This document shows positions 1-8,325 of a DNA stretch of 64,000 bases, piece by piece. The DNA lies in NCBI GenBank assembly GCA_934230415.1, contig CAKQEW010000004.1, forward strand, positions 1,445-65,444. Reading direction: 5' to 3'. Numbering within the stretch: position 1 is the stretch's first letter; each line of letters opens with the position of its first letter. The notes beneath the pieces are model-generated. The model was not told where the DNA came from, made no database searches, and worked only from the letters and a program-made list of their open reading frames with translations. This DNA comes from an uncultured Alphaproteobacteria bacterium (GTDB lineage: Bacteria > Pseudomonadota > Alphaproteobacteria > Rs-D84). Made by a program: the position numbers and the translations under genes.

Positions 1-2
1 TG

Positions 3-821
3 TGGAAAAATATCGCGGCACAAAATGTGGAATTTGGTCGCCCGGAAAAATTCTGTGAAAACATACCGGCGGCGAATTGGGTAATGTCGGCAACAATTAC
101 GTTAACCGATGACCGTGTTGTTCCATACATTAAAAAAATCTGCAAGAAAGATCCGCACAGCGGTTCCATCGTGTCCAGTGGGCCGGTCACCATACGTGAT
201 TCAAATTGGTTGTATGGATTTTCAATTTCGCGCCAGCCACATTTCCGCGCGCAAAAGAAAAATGAAATTGTGGTGTGGACATATGGCCTGTTGTCGGATG
301 CGCCTGGCAATTATGTGAAAAAGAAAATCGCCGATTGCACTGGGGCCGAACTGTGTGCCGAATGGTTGTACCATATTGGGGTGCCAATTGCCGAAATAGA
401 AGACATCGCGCACAACTGTTCGCACACAATTCCGTGCCATATGCCGTTTATCACAACGTATTTTATGCCACGTGCATTGGGTGACCGCCCATTGGTCGTG
501 CCGAAAAATGCGGTAAACTTTGCGTTCATCGGTAATTATGCCGAAACGCCCCGCGACACCGTGTTTACGACCGAATATTCTGTGCGTACCGCGATGGAGG
601 CCGTGTATACCCTGTGTCATGTGGAACGTGGTGTTCCCGAAGTATTCCCGTCATGTTTTGACGTGCGTGTCCTGATGCGCAGCGTGTATTATCTGAACGA
701 TAAAAAGAAACTGGCCGATATAGAAATGCCATGGTTCATGAAATTGTTGGGCGCGGCGGGCCTGAAACATGTGCGCGGCACATACATCGCCGAATTAATG
801 CACCAAGAAGGATTGATATAA
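3..821 (+). CDS. Oleate hydratase (myosin-cross-reactive antigen family), C-terminal ~270 aa; 5' end outside window
   Basis: ORF is open to the left edge. Family-typical stretch VWTYGLLSDAPGNYVKKKIADCTGAELCAEWLYHIG and YSVRTAMEAVY. Hairpin plus T-run at ~845-869 follows. Confidence 0.8.
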   Translation, partial: WKNIAAQNVEFGRPEKFCENIPAANWVMSATITLTDDRVVPYIKKICKKDPHSGSIVSSGPVTIRDSNWLYGFSISRQPHFRAQKKNEIVVWTYGLLSDAPGNYVKKKIADCTGAELCAEWLYHIGVPIAEIEDIAHNCSHTIPCHMPFITTYFMPRALGDRPLVVPKNAVNFAFIGNYAETPRDTVFTTEYSVRTAMEAVYTLCHVERGVPEVFPSCFDVRVLMRSVYYLNDKKKLADIEMPWFMKLLGAAGLKHVRGTYIAELMHQEGLI

Positions 822-957
822 TTTTGATGAAACAGTCCAAAACAAAAATGCCCCCGCAGGGGCGTTTTTGTTTGGGCACTCTCTGTTTTGGTTATTTTGT
901 ATTGACAAAAAATATATTTGTGTTATTTTTTTGTGGGGTAAAAAAGGATAAATAGCA

Positions 958-2955
958 ATGATTGTTATGGCGACAATACCTGGTGTAGATACAGCATTTA
1001 CAGTTGATACGGCAATATTGGATTTGCCGTATGATAAAATCAGTGCGGAATCACCCGTGACTGTCTATGGTGATGTGCAGTTGGACAAGCAATTTATTAA
1101 CGGTCTGGATTTAAGCAATGTTATTATTGACGGGGATTTTGATTGTTCTAACCAGAAAACTGTCCTGACATTACCACGCCGTGTAAATGGCGGTTTGATA
1201 TGTGATGGGTGCGCCGAAATGCAGTATCCGGATGGTCGCTATGCCGGTAATAAAAAATTAAAGGTATCGTTGTTCCAGGAAAACAAATCGTTTCCAGATG
1301 GCGTGACGTATTTCAGTTGTGTTCACACGATAAAGGATTTATCTGATTTATTAAATATGCAATTGCCAACAACCCTGAAAACGATTGTTGTGTCCAGCAG
1401 CCTGCTGAACCGGGTAAAAAAAGATGCGACAATGCGCGCTACGGCATTGCAATTTATGGCGAAATATCCGTCAATAAAAATCATGGACGACAAGGATCGT
1501 GAAATGTCGGAAATGGTGCAACCGGAACCTGTGGGCCCAGAAAAAAAGAAGGCGCCCGCCCGCACTGTGCCAACTGGTCGTTCTGGGACGCCGGTAAAAA
1601 CACACACGGATTGTGATAAAAATGACATCATGGCCCTGTGTGAACAAGATGCAAAAATACAATCGCTGGGCGTCAGTGCCACTGATATATCCCGCGCCAT
1701 TCGCACCGTTACCAGCCCGAAAAATATTGGCATGAAAAAATACACACGTAAACACCAAAATGGCAATGATGTTGCATGTGTCCATCGTGATAAATTGCCA
1801 GATATCATTAATGGTGTGATTGACTATCTGTGCGCACAAATTGAAAAAAATACTCAAAAAGACCAACCGCAAAATAAACAATCAGTGCCCGCACAGCCGG
1901 CACCAGTTGTCGCATCTGTGGCACCAAAATCAGGAAATCCCGCGGTTGAAATAAAAAAATATATTCCAAAAAGTATTTGGGCAACCATTAGAAGACTGTG
2001 TGGCAACGATGTAGCCAAACAGAAAACGATATTGGAAAAAATATGTTCTGTGAACATGAATCCGGTGTCACCGGACCAGGCCTTGTCATCGTCATTAACG
2101 GTATGGAATGTTCAAAAAAACAAGCCAACGACGGTCCAGTGCCTGCGTCGCGAAAAGGGTAATGCGGTTGTGCAAAGTGTGGATACCACATTTTACAAGG
2201 ACAGAAAACGTATCATTTGGACATTTGTGTCTGATGCAAATGCGCTGGTCTGTATTGCTGGCGTTGCGGAACATTCCAGTGGATTAAACGGACTGTATTA
2301 CAACAATACGTTGTTACCGGCGGCGGCCAAGGGTCGTGATGCCAAGGGAACACCGATAACACCTGATATGCTGGCGGGTGGCGATTATTGGGATGCCAAT
2401 GTATTATTACAGGAATACGGGCAAACCAATCCTGAAATCATCGTGGCACCAGAACCGGATGCCGCAACAACGGAATATGTTGCACCTGATGATGCATGCG
2501 CGGCGCCGCGTTCTGTGACGCCACCGGTTGAAACCGTTGCCCCAAAAACGCAGCCAGATGAACAACCGAAAAATGCGGTTGCCGAACCGGCGGCACCCCA
2601 GCCGCAAATGCCGGTTGCCGAACCGGTGGTAAAGGATGCACAACCAACCCCGGTACAGAAAATTGCGCCGAAACCCCAAACGATAATCCCGGCGGGCGTA
2701 CCACAAAATTTCTTTGATGTGGTTGCGTTGTCTGTGGAAATAAAAGCGCTGATTGATATATTGGATGCTGAAAACAAACGGCATATCCAGGTAATCACCA
2801 ATGAATCAGACGCCGGTGTTCAGTTGGCATCAGCACGTGCCGTCCAAGAAAACCTGTTGAAAAAGCACGCATTACAGCAAAGCTTTCAACAGATTCAAGG
2901 CGCCATGAACAAGATTAATGAAATAAAAACATTAATGAATACCAAAGAGCACTAA
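958..2955 (+). CDS. Large hypothetical protein (665 aa) with Pro/Ala/Gln-rich linker and C-terminal coiled coil
   Basis: Long uninterrupted ORF with an AAGGA-type RBS upstream and a terminator downstream. No signal peptide and no recognisable family. Confidence 0.6.
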   Translation: MIVMATIPGVDTAFTVDTAILDLPYDKISAESPVTVYGDVQLDKQFINGLDLSNVIIDGDFDCSNQKTVLTLPRRVNGGLICDGCAEMQYPDGRYAGNKKLKVSLFQENKSFPDGVTYFSCVHTIKDLSDLLNMQLPTTLKTIVVSSSLLNRVKKDATMRATALQFMAKYPSIKIMDDKDREMSEMVQPEPVGPEKKKAPARTVPTGRSGTPVKTHTDCDKNDIMALCEQDAKIQSLGVSATDISRAIRTVTSPKNIGMKKYTRKHQNGNDVACVHRDKLPDIINGVIDYLCAQIEKNTQKDQPQNKQSVPAQPAPVVASVAPKSGNPAVEIKKYIPKSIWATIRRLCGNDVAKQKTILEKICSVNMNPVSPDQALSSSLTVWNVQKNKPTTVQCLRREKGNAVVQSVDTTFYKDRKRIIWTFVSDANALVCIAGVAEHSSGLNGLYYNNTLLPAAAKGRDAKGTPITPDMLAGGDYWDANVLLQEYGQTNPEIIVAPEPDAATTEYVAPDDACAAPRSVTPPVETVAPKTQPDEQPKNAVAEPAAPQPQMPVAEPVVKDAQPTPVQKIAPKPQTIIPAGVPQNFFDVVALSVEIKALIDILDAENKRHIQVITNESDAGVQLASARAVQENLLKKHALQQSFQQIQGAMNKINEIKTLMNTKEH

Positions 2956-2960
2956 AACCA

Positions 2961-2989
2961 AAAAATGACCCGTTTGGGTCATTTTTTTA
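2961..2989 (+). terminator. Intrinsic terminator
   Basis: Hairpin atgacccgtttgggtcat followed by T7. Confidence 0.8.
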
Positions 2990-3048
2990 TTTCCGCCCGG
3001 GCAGGGGGCGCGGCTGAATATACTGCGAAATCTGTGGCGTGATGAAAA

Positions 3049-3534
3049 TTAATATGTTATTTCATCTAATATCAAGTAAAAATCTGGAACGTGTTTTGGT
3101 GACATGCCATTCAACAAACTAACAGATGCGACCGACCCGAACGGCGTATAAAAACTATCATCAAATTCATAGTATTTACGAATGCATCCGTTGATTTGTT
3201 TTTCTAAATCAGACATTGACATATGAATCATCATATCCCAAACTTTTTCTTGAATTTCGTCATACTTGTAGTCGCCAAACCTGTAATTATCCCAAAAATA
3301 AGACAAGATTTGTTCTGCCTGTTTTTCGTTCAAATCTTTTATGTTTTTTGGAAAATTGTAACGCGGATGTGCCGCGCGATACATATCCAATTTTTCTTGG
3401 TTTACCCCATAAGCATTTTTACGCACATTGACTACGGCTGTTTTTTCTACTGCCTGATTGATAAAATCATCCTTGCTATTGGCAATGGCGCATGCCGGAA
3501 TCAATAAAAACAGAACGAACAAGAATTTCTTCAT
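3049..3534 (-). CDS. Secreted protein with GH108 lysozyme-like core (divergent)
   Basis: Signal peptide MKKFLFVLFLLIPACAIA. YGVNQEKLDMYR..LNEKQAEQILSYFWDNY..VWDMMIH resembles the GH108 domain core. The EGG catalytic motif was not seen. Confidence 0.5.
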   Translation of the reverse strand: MKKFLFVLFLLIPACAIANSKDDFINQAVEKTAVVNVRKNAYGVNQEKLDMYRAAHPRYNFPKNIKDLNEKQAEQILSYFWDNYRFGDYKYDEIQEKVWDMMIHMSMSDLEKQINGCIRKYYEFDDSFYTPFGSVASVSLLNGMSPKHVPDFYLILDEITY

Positions 3535-3566
3535 AATTTGATTATTGCAAAGCAATTGCATAAAAA

Positions 3567-3997
3567 TCAATATCTATTTGTTCGATTTGTCCATCCATTC
3601 CCATATTTGCCCCAATCAGATAAGCCGCGTAGATACTCAATTCTGTTTTCTTTTAAGTCATGCATAAAATCGTCAACCTTATTGTCTGGTATATGATTTA
3701 ACGCCGTTATGGTATTATTGCCAATTTTGCCATCTACTTTTAGATTCGCATTCAGTGAATGATTTAATGTTTCTTGAATAATTTTTCCAACGTTGTTGAA
3801 GTTACTCATGACGCCCATATCAAATATCGCATACTCATAGTGGCAGCCCCACTCGGATTGTTCGCTGGGTGGCGTACGCCACCGTTCACCATACGTAAGG
3901 CGCGAACGGCGCGCAAAGCGTTGCGCTTGTTCTTGCCAACTATCGTGTCGAACCTGCGGTTCTCATCCGGTGACTGACGCAAAATAAAAACCACCAA
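3567..3997 (-). pseudogene. Decayed GH108 / PG_binding_3 (ZliS-like) gene
   Basis: The 83-aa ORF 3567-3818 is a PG_binding_3-type domain (KVDGKIGNNTITALN...GNGWTNRTNRY). The out-of-frame ORF 3806-3997 carries a degenerate N-terminal GH108 motif (NGGVRHPANNPSGAAT). The frames differ, and roughly 30 codons remain where about 70 are expected, so about 40 codons of GH108 core are missing. Confidence 0.5.
3841..3859. repeat. 19-bp exact copy of the tRNA-Glu 3' end (att-like scar)
   Basis: tggcagccccactcggatt occurs at 3841-3859 and again at 4016-4034, which is the 3' end of tRNA-Glu, in the same orientation. Confidence 0.85.
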
Positions 3998-4015
3998 GAT
4001 GGTGGTTTATTATTT

Positions 4016-4090
4016 TGGCAGCCCCACTCGGATTCGAACCGGGATTCTCGCCTTGAAAGGGCGGTGTCCTAACCATTAGACGATGGGGCC
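4016..4090 (-). tRNA. tRNA-Glu (anticodon UUC), CCA encoded
   Basis: The reverse complement folds as a cloverleaf: acceptor GGCCCCA/TGGGGCT, D-arm GTCTAATGGTTAGGAC, anticodon loop CTTTCAA, T-loop TTCGAAT. Confidence 0.95.
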
Positions 4091-4114
4091 AAAACTCTCA
4101 AAAATTGCTGGCAA

Positions 4115-4143
4115 ATTATAACTGGCAAATTACGCGTTGTCAA
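4115..4143 (-). promoter_or_regulatory. Consensus sigma70-type promoter for tRNA-Glu
   Basis: The minus strand reads TTGACA-17 nt-TATAAT. The -10 element ends ~25 nt upstream of the tRNA 5' end. Confidence 0.7.
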
Positions 4144-4199
4144 GCGGAAATAAAAACCAGGACGCAATGATTGCGTCCTGGGGATTTTTGCGTTGTTTT

Positions 4200-4655
4200 T
4201 TATTTGGTTGCCACCGGCGCGTCAACAACAACTGTTTCGGTTTCTTCTGTGACAACGGTGTCGTCCGGCACAGCGTCGGCATCAACCTGTTTGAATGTCA
4301 TTGTTTTGCCGTCGTTTGCGGTCAATGTCAATGTGCCGTCGTTCAGGTTATACTTTTCAACCTGGGTCAAGAACTGGAAATAGTTGCGTTCAGCGTCCAT
4401 TGCGTCGGCTGGGCCCATCATCAGTGTCGTTGCGTCCTGGTCAAACTTTATACGGTCGCCCGATGCGCGGTATGAACCGTTATACAGATTTACAACCTGG
4501 CCATAGAAACGCATGTCGTCCGTATCAAATGCCAGTGTGATGTTTGCGCCATTGCCCGGGGCGATAAATTTTGCGCCACGCAGGCCGTTGTCTGTGTTGC
4601 CACATGCGGCCAGCGCCAACAGTGATACGCCCAGTGTTAATGTTTTGAATGTCAT
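4200..4655 (-). CDS. META-domain (HslJ-like) lipoprotein
   Basis: Lipobox LLALAAC. Body resembles a META domain (RFYGQVVNLYNGSYRASGDRIKF...ERNYFQFL). Hairpin terminator at ~4158-4190. Confidence 0.7.
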   Translation of the reverse strand: MTFKTLTLGVSLLALAACGNTDNGLRGAKFIAPGNGANITLAFDTDDMRFYGQVVNLYNGSYRASGDRIKFDQDATTLMMGPADAMDAERNYFQFLTQVEKYNLNDGTLTLTANDGKTMTFKQVDADAVPDDTVVTEETETVVVDAPVATK

Positions 4656-4846
4656 GATTGAATCTCCCTTTGTTTTTACGTTGTAACGATAACATTATTT
4701 TTCATAAATGCAAGGTTGGACAAGGCGTTTATATTCCCAGGTGTAACCCAGCGTGGGCCCATGCGCCGTGGTTCAAATAAATTTTTCATTTTATGAAAAA
4801 AGTACTTGCGTTTGTTTCCCATACAGTATAACATATGCCTTGCTCT

Positions 4847-4923
4847 GGGGTTGTAGCTCAGCTGGTTAGAGCGTCTGCCTGTCACGCAGAAGGTCGAGGG
4901 TTCGAGCCCCTTCAATCCCGCCA
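4847..4923 (+). tRNA. tRNA-Asp (anticodon GUC), CCA encoded
   Basis: GGGGTTGTAGCTCAGCTGGTTAGAGC..., anticodon loop CTGTCAC, T-loop TTCGAGC, acceptor CAATCCC-G-CCA. Confidence 0.95.
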
Positions 4924-4984
4924 GAATTTACCGCCGTTTCGGCGGTATTTTTTGTTCACAAGGAAATAAATTTGCCCTATAAAT

Positions 4985-5010
4985 AAAAAACGCCCAAACG
5001 GGCGTTTTTT
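4985..5010. terminator. Bidirectional intrinsic terminator (tRNA-Asp / gap)
   Basis: aaaaaacgcccaaacgggcgtttttt: a perfect hairpin flanked by A and T runs. Confidence 0.8.
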
Positions 5011-6010
5011 ATTTAATCAGTTTTCCCATCGCCACGGCGGTGTCGCCCATACGGTTAGAGAATCCCCATTCGTTATCGTACCATGCGGTCACATGAACCA
5101 GCTTGTCGCCCAGGACCTTGGTCTGGCCGGCGTCAAAGATGGAACTGTGTGCATCGTGTGTAAAGTCAATGGAAACCAATGGCAATTCGTTGTATCCGAA
5201 TGTCTTGGACTGGGCGGCGCGCATTGCGTTGTTAACCGCGTCAACGGTGGCATCGCGTTCCAGATTTACAACCAATTCAACGACCGATACATCCGGTGTT
5301 GGTACACGAATCGCCATACCGTCCAATTTCCCGGCCAGTTTTGGCAGAACCAGACCAATCGCCTTGGCCGCGCCGGTGCTGGTTGGAATCATAGACAGGT
5401 TCGCGGCGCGTGCGCGACGGAAATCCTTGTGATTCTTGTCCAACAATTGCTGGTCACCGGTGTATGCATGTACGGTTGTCATCCATCCCGATACGATGCC
5501 GAACGTATCGTCCAGAACCTGGGCCACTGGGGCCAGGCAGTTCGTTGTGCATGACGCGTTTGAAACAATCAGGTCGGTTGGTTTCAGGGTGTCTTGGTTT
5601 ACACCGTACACGATTGTGGCATCCGCGCCCGCCGATGGGGCCGATACCAAAACGCGTTTCGCACCCGCATCCAGGTGAACGCGCGCCTTGTCCGCCGCGG
5701 TAAAGATACCGGTGCATTCCATAACAATATCAATGTCCAATTCGCGCCATGGCAATTTTGTCGGGTCTTTTTCCGCGATGCATTTAATTTTCTGGTCACC
5801 AACGATGATATATTCGCCGTCCAATTTAACATCCATTGGTAATTTCCCATGCACGGAATCATACTGCAACAGGTATGCATTCTGTTCCGCCGGGGCCAAA
5901 TCATTTACGGCCACAAATTCAATATCATCACGTTTTGATTCCAACGCCGCGCGCAGTACCAGGCGACCGATGCGTCCGAATCCGTTAATTGCAACTCTAA
6001 TCTTTGACAT
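5009..6010 (-). CDS. gap: Glyceraldehyde-3-phosphate dehydrogenase, type I
   Basis: N-terminal INGFGRIGR, catalytic SNASCTTNCLAP, C-terminal WYDNEWGFSNR. Confidence 0.95.
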   Translation of the reverse strand: MSKIRVAINGFGRIGRLVLRAALESKRDDIEFVAVNDLAPAEQNAYLLQYDSVHGKLPMDVKLDGEYIIVGDQKIKCIAEKDPTKLPWRELDIDIVMECTGIFTAADKARVHLDAGAKRVLVSAPSAGADATIVYGVNQDTLKPTDLIVSNASCTTNCLAPVAQVLDDTFGIVSGWMTTVHAYTGDQQLLDKNHKDFRRARAANLSMIPTSTGAAKAIGLVLPKLAGKLDGMAIRVPTPDVSVVELVVNLERDATVDAVNNAMRAAQSKTFGYNELPLVSIDFTHDAHSSIFDAGQTKVLGDKLVHVTAWYDNEWGFSNRMGDTAVAMGKLIK

Positions 6011-6074
6011 ATTACTTCCTTTCGTTTTTGTCGGTTAGACACCTGTATCATAGCCTGGGATTGACAAGATTACA

Positions 6075-6971
6075 ATGGAATTTTATACTTATGACAAAAT
6101 GAAACATTCGTCATATATTATTACTGGACCAACAGCATCCGGCAAATCTGAATTTGCCCATCGTTTGGCGCATCAAATCGGTGGCACAATCATAAATTGC
6201 GACAGTGTCCAGATTTACCGCGGTATTGAAAATATTTCGGCCAGTCCGTTTGCCGGCCGCGAAATTACCGATGAAATTGATGGGGTGCCATACCGACTGT
6301 TTTCCATTTTGCCGTTGGATGAACAAATCAGTGTGGCGGATTACATTGTGATGGCACGGCGTGAATATGACGCGGCGCGCGATGCTGGTCGCACACCGAT
6401 ATTTGTTGGCGGCACCGGATATTATATAAACGCCATTATAAATGGTATATCCCCGATGCCCGAAATCTCAGACACGGTGCGCCGGCGTGCGCGTGAATTG
6501 GTGGCCAGTGACATTGTCGCGGCGCGTGCGATGTTGCCCGCCACGTTTACCGCCACGGACCCGCAACGTGTTGCCCGCGGGGTTGAGGTATTTTTGCAAA
6601 CCGGCCGCCACATCACAGAATTTCAAAATATTCCGCGCACGGGCGCGGTTGCACCGGATGCATTCAAGATACTGATTAATCCGCCATTAGACGTGTTGCG
6701 GGACCGCATTGCGGCGCGCATACCAAAAATGTTGTCTGGCGGTGCGGCGGTTGAGGGGCGCGCGGTAATTGATGCACAATGGGACGCACGACGTGCGATT
6801 GGCGCGGCGCAAATGGTTGCGTACCTGCGCGGGGAAATTGATATGGATACATGTATCCAGAATTGGATTACCAAGACAAATCAATATGCAAAACGGCAGC
6901 GAACATGGTTTCGTACCCAATTCGCCGCCGATATTGTTTTGGATTCTGCGTCCGCACCAATTACTTTTTAA
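6075..6971 (+). CDS. miaA: tRNA dimethylallyltransferase
   Basis: P-loop GPTASGKS, INCDSVQIYRGIENISASP, C-terminal QYAKRQRTWFR. The start may be the downstream Met at 6102. Confidence 0.9.
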   Translation: MEFYTYDKMKHSSYIITGPTASGKSEFAHRLAHQIGGTIINCDSVQIYRGIENISASPFAGREITDEIDGVPYRLFSILPLDEQISVADYIVMARREYDAARDAGRTPIFVGGTGYYINAIINGISPMPEISDTVRRRARELVASDIVAARAMLPATFTATDPQRVARGVEVFLQTGRHITEFQNIPRTGAVAPDAFKILINPPLDVLRDRIAARIPKMLSGGAAVEGRAVIDAQWDARRAIGAAQMVAYLRGEIDMDTCIQNWITKTNQYAKRQRTWFRTQFAADIVLDSASAPITF

Positions 6972-7440
6972 TTACGTTTTCTGAATTAATCATGGCCACC
7001 TGGGCGTGTTTCATTTCCGCATATTGACGTGCGGCGCGCTTTGCCTGGCGTTTCTGAATAATGGTTTGGATATATCCGAATTCGTTATACAGGGCGTCTT
7101 TTAATTTTTCTTTGGCCTGTTTGCGGTTCGCAATGTTTGGCTGTTTCATTGTGTATGCCGACAGATAGTCCGCCATCAATGATGTTAATGAATCCAAAAA
7201 CTGTGGGTTTGTAGAACTGGATTTGTCGTGTGGCAACAATCTGATAAACACGCGGGTTTGCAAAATCAAGAAATCGTATGCCGCAGCAGAATACGCGCAC
7301 GTTTCACGCCATGTGTTGCGGGTGTTTTCCTGGGTTGCATACGACGTGCCATATTTATCCAAGAATAACGCGGTTATTTCGCGTGTGTATGTGGCAAATG
7401 TGCGCTGTGTTGCAGTTTGTTTTTTGTGAAACGTTGCCAT
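6961..7440 (-). CDS. Hypothetical protein (159 aa)
   Basis: ORF fills the gap between miaA and the kinase-like gene. No family recognised. Confidence 0.45.
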   Translation of the reverse strand: MATFHKKQTATQRTFATYTREITALFLDKYGTSYATQENTRNTWRETCAYSAAAYDFLILQTRVFIRLLPHDKSSSTNPQFLDSLTSLMADYLSAYTMKQPNIANRKQAKEKLKDALYNEFGYIQTIIQKRQAKRAARQYAEMKHAQVAMINSENVIKK

Positions 7441-7509
7441 ATTTTGTCCCTTTTGGTTTGTTGCTGTGCAATAACATAGGACAAAATATATAATTTGTCA
7501 ACGATAAAA

Positions 7510-8268
7510 CTATTTCTTTTTCGCCTTTTTCGCATCGCGCATTTGGTAATAGTCCCACATGGCAATTGGTGCAATATCCGTCTGGCGCATCTTGCGACGT
7601 ACCCAGAATATTCCAAAGAATTCGCGGCGCAGTGAATCATATCCAGAATATTCCCAGTCAATTATCCCGGTGATGTCCATTGTGTCTGGGTTAACGATAA
7701 TATTGCTGCACATGTCGCCGTGCACCAATCCGCAATCATTTTTATTTGCGCTCTTGGGTTTCAGGTCCGCCAGTTCTGGCGCATCATAATTAAACAGTGC
7801 AAATATGATTTCGGCCAATTGGTGCCCCAGTTTTTCGCGATGTTCGCGTATTTGTTTCAGTGGCAAATCCACCAGCACACGTCCCGGGATAAATTCAGTT
7901 TTATAAAACAAATATTCGCCCATTTGAACCAAATCAATTTTCGGAATACGTACAGGCATCACCGGGCGAATGGCGTCGGTAAAGCGTTTTTCATATGCGA
8001 ATCTGGATGCGCTGTCATCACGGTGTGTGTATTTGCGAACCTTGAACACAGTGCGGCCATTGAATATAAACGCCAACGAACCGCCACCTTTTTTCATGGT
8101 CATATGCCACCAGTTGTATTCCGGCCAATTTGCCCGAATGGCATTCAATTTACGGCGATAATCAAACAGGTAATCCCGCTGAAACGCACGGCGCCAACGA
8201 CGTACCGGTATTAAATAACTGCATAACGTCCAGATTTCAAAGCATATTTTCCACATGTGTATCCCCAA
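7510..8268 (-). CDS. Phosphotransferase (APH / choline-kinase-like) family protein
   Basis: Brenner-type motif GLVHGDMCSNIIV followed by ITGIIDWEYSGY. Confidence 0.65.
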   Translation of the reverse strand: MGIHMWKICFEIWTLCSYLIPVRRWRRAFQRDYLFDYRRKLNAIRANWPEYNWWHMTMKKGGGSLAFIFNGRTVFKVRKYTHRDDSASRFAYEKRFTDAIRPVMPVRIPKIDLVQMGEYLFYKTEFIPGRVLVDLPLKQIREHREKLGHQLAEIIFALFNYDAPELADLKPKSANKNDCGLVHGDMCSNIIVNPDTMDITGIIDWEYSGYDSLRREFFGIFWVRRKMRQTDIAPIAMWDYYQMRDAKKAKKK

Positions 8269-8325
8269 TAAAAATTCGTAATAAATGGTATTGAAAAAAA
8301 CGAAAAAAACAAGTACTTTGTGGGT

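Noticed and set aside
2100-2300. RelE/ParE-like toxin core inside the 665-aa ORF (KDRKRIIWTFVSDANALVCIAGVAEH)
   Set aside because: It is a single short pattern match with no catalytic residues identifiable and no antitoxin context.
4676-4915. 79-aa minus-strand ORF
   Set aside because: It overlaps tRNA-Asp and its promoter region and has no RBS, so it is an artefact of the six-frame translation.
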